Source of the DNA: Podarcis melisellensis
Lineage: Eukaryota
Strand: one strand, 5' to 3'
Assembly: GCA_964234715.1 (NCBI GenBank)
Contig: OZ174282.1
DNA length: 64,000 nt
A program made the translations under genes and the position numbers. Below the pieces are notes generated by a model. The model did not search any database. It saw only the letters and a list, made by a program, of their open reading frames with translations, and was not told the origin of the DNA. The number at the start of each line of letters is the position of its first letter. Position 1 is the first letter of the stretch. Of this stretch, positions 62,770 through 64,000 are shown piece after piece.

Positions 62770-64000
62770 AGAAAGACATCTTTAGATCTGGCCAATATGA
62801 CCAGCTATCGCCCAGTCGCAAATCTTCCATTCTTGGGCGAGGTGATTGAGCGAGTGGTTGCTGAACAACTCCAGGCACGCCTGGAAGAAGCGGACCATTT
62901 GGATCCCTTCCAGTTGGGATTCAGGCCTCATCATGGGACTGAAACTGCCTTGGTCGCACTGGTCAATCATCTCCGGGAGTGGGCTAGGGACAAAGGTGAG
63001 ATCTGTTTCCTAGTTCTGCTGGATCTCTCAGTGGCTTTTGATACCATTGACCATAACATCCTTCTGGACTGTCTAGAGGGGCTGGGAGCTGGGGGCACTC
63101 TTATACAGTGGTTCCGCTCCTCCCTCCTAGGCCGTGTTCAGAAAGTGGTGGGGGGGGTTCAGACCCCTGGGCTCTCACTTGTGGGGTGCCTCAGGGTTCT
63201 GTCCTCTCCCCCATGCTTTTCAACATCTACATGCAGCCGCTGGGAGAGATCATCAGGAGGTTTGGGCTGGGTGTTCATCAGTATGCGGATGATACCCAGC
63301 TCTACGTCTCTTTCAAATCAGAACCAGTGAAGGTGGTGAAGGTCCTGTGTGAGTGTCTGAAGGCGGTTGGAGGAAGGATGGCAGCTAACAGATTGAGGGT
63401 GAATCCTGACAAGACAGAAGTACTGTTTTTGGGGACAGGAGGAGGGCAGGTGTGGAGGACTCCTTGGTCCTGAATGGGGCAACTGTGCCCCTGAAGGACC
63501 AGGTGCGCAGCCTGGGTGTCATTTTGGACTCGCAGCTGTCCATGGAGGCGCAGGTCAATTCTGTGTCCAGGGCAGCTGTTTACCAGGTCCATCTGGTACG
63601 CAGGCTGAGACCCTATCTGCCTGCGGACTGTCTCGGCAGAGTGGTGCATGTTCTAGTTTTCTCTTGCTTGGATTACTGAAATGTGCTCTATGTGGGGCTA
63701 CCTTTGAAGGTGACCCGGAAACTACAACTAATCCAGAATGCAGCAGCTAGACTGGTGACTGGGAGTGGCCACCGAGACCACATAACACCGGTCCTGAAAG
63801 ATCTACATTGGCTCCCAGTACGTTTCCGAGGACAATTCAAAGGGTTGGTGCTGACCTTTAAAGCCCTAAACAGCCTTGGTCCTGTATACCTGAAGGAGCG
63901 TCTCCACCCCCATCGTTCAGCCCGGACACTGAGATCCAGCACCAAGGGCCTTCTGGCGGTTCCATATTGCGAGAAGTAAGGTTACAGGGAACCAGACAGA
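62770..64000 (+). mobile_element. Relatively young L2-clade LINE ORF2 (reverse transcriptase), 5'-truncated, frameshifted, running off the window
   Basis: [72 protein letters not shown] and LHWLPVRFR. Frameshifts near 63150 and 63440, stop at 63677-63679. Confidence 0.92.

Noticed and set aside
57465-64000. Further upstream ZFHX3 exon
   Set aside because: No segment with recognisable ZFHX3 peptide and flanking splice sites was found, so it probably lies beyond the window.
1-64000. CRISPR array, retron or other prokaryotic system
   Set aside because: The DNA is intron-containing vertebrate sequence. RT motifs belong to decayed LINEs and there is no repeat-spacer array.

Overview
Vertebrate genomic DNA, most likely a lacertid lizard (inferred from Sauria/Squam-type SINEs and squamate CR1, L2 and L1 LINE debris). 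The right two-thirds hold the 3' part of ZFHX3 (ATBF1) on the minus strand. Five coding exons have clean GT-AG junctions and consistent phases (57464-57334, 57003-56803, 49782-49680, 48734-43224, 36185-34594). They include the giant exon with all four homeodomains, and are followed by a ~3.9 kb 3' UTR ending near 30680. About 15 kb further downstream, a CpG island (~14980-16260) drives a second minus-strand spliced gene that the ORF track misses. Three phase-compatible exons (15476-15440, 15241-15111, 2947-2813) encode the N-terminus of a coiled-coil protein. By synteny this is plausibly a PMFBP1-like gene or the coding ancestor of the lncRNA next to ZFHX3 in mammals (inference). The rest is introns and intergenic DNA with transposon fragments, microsatellites, candidate conserved enhancers and two assembly gaps. 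No prokaryote-type system, CRISPR array or functional RNA gene is supported.
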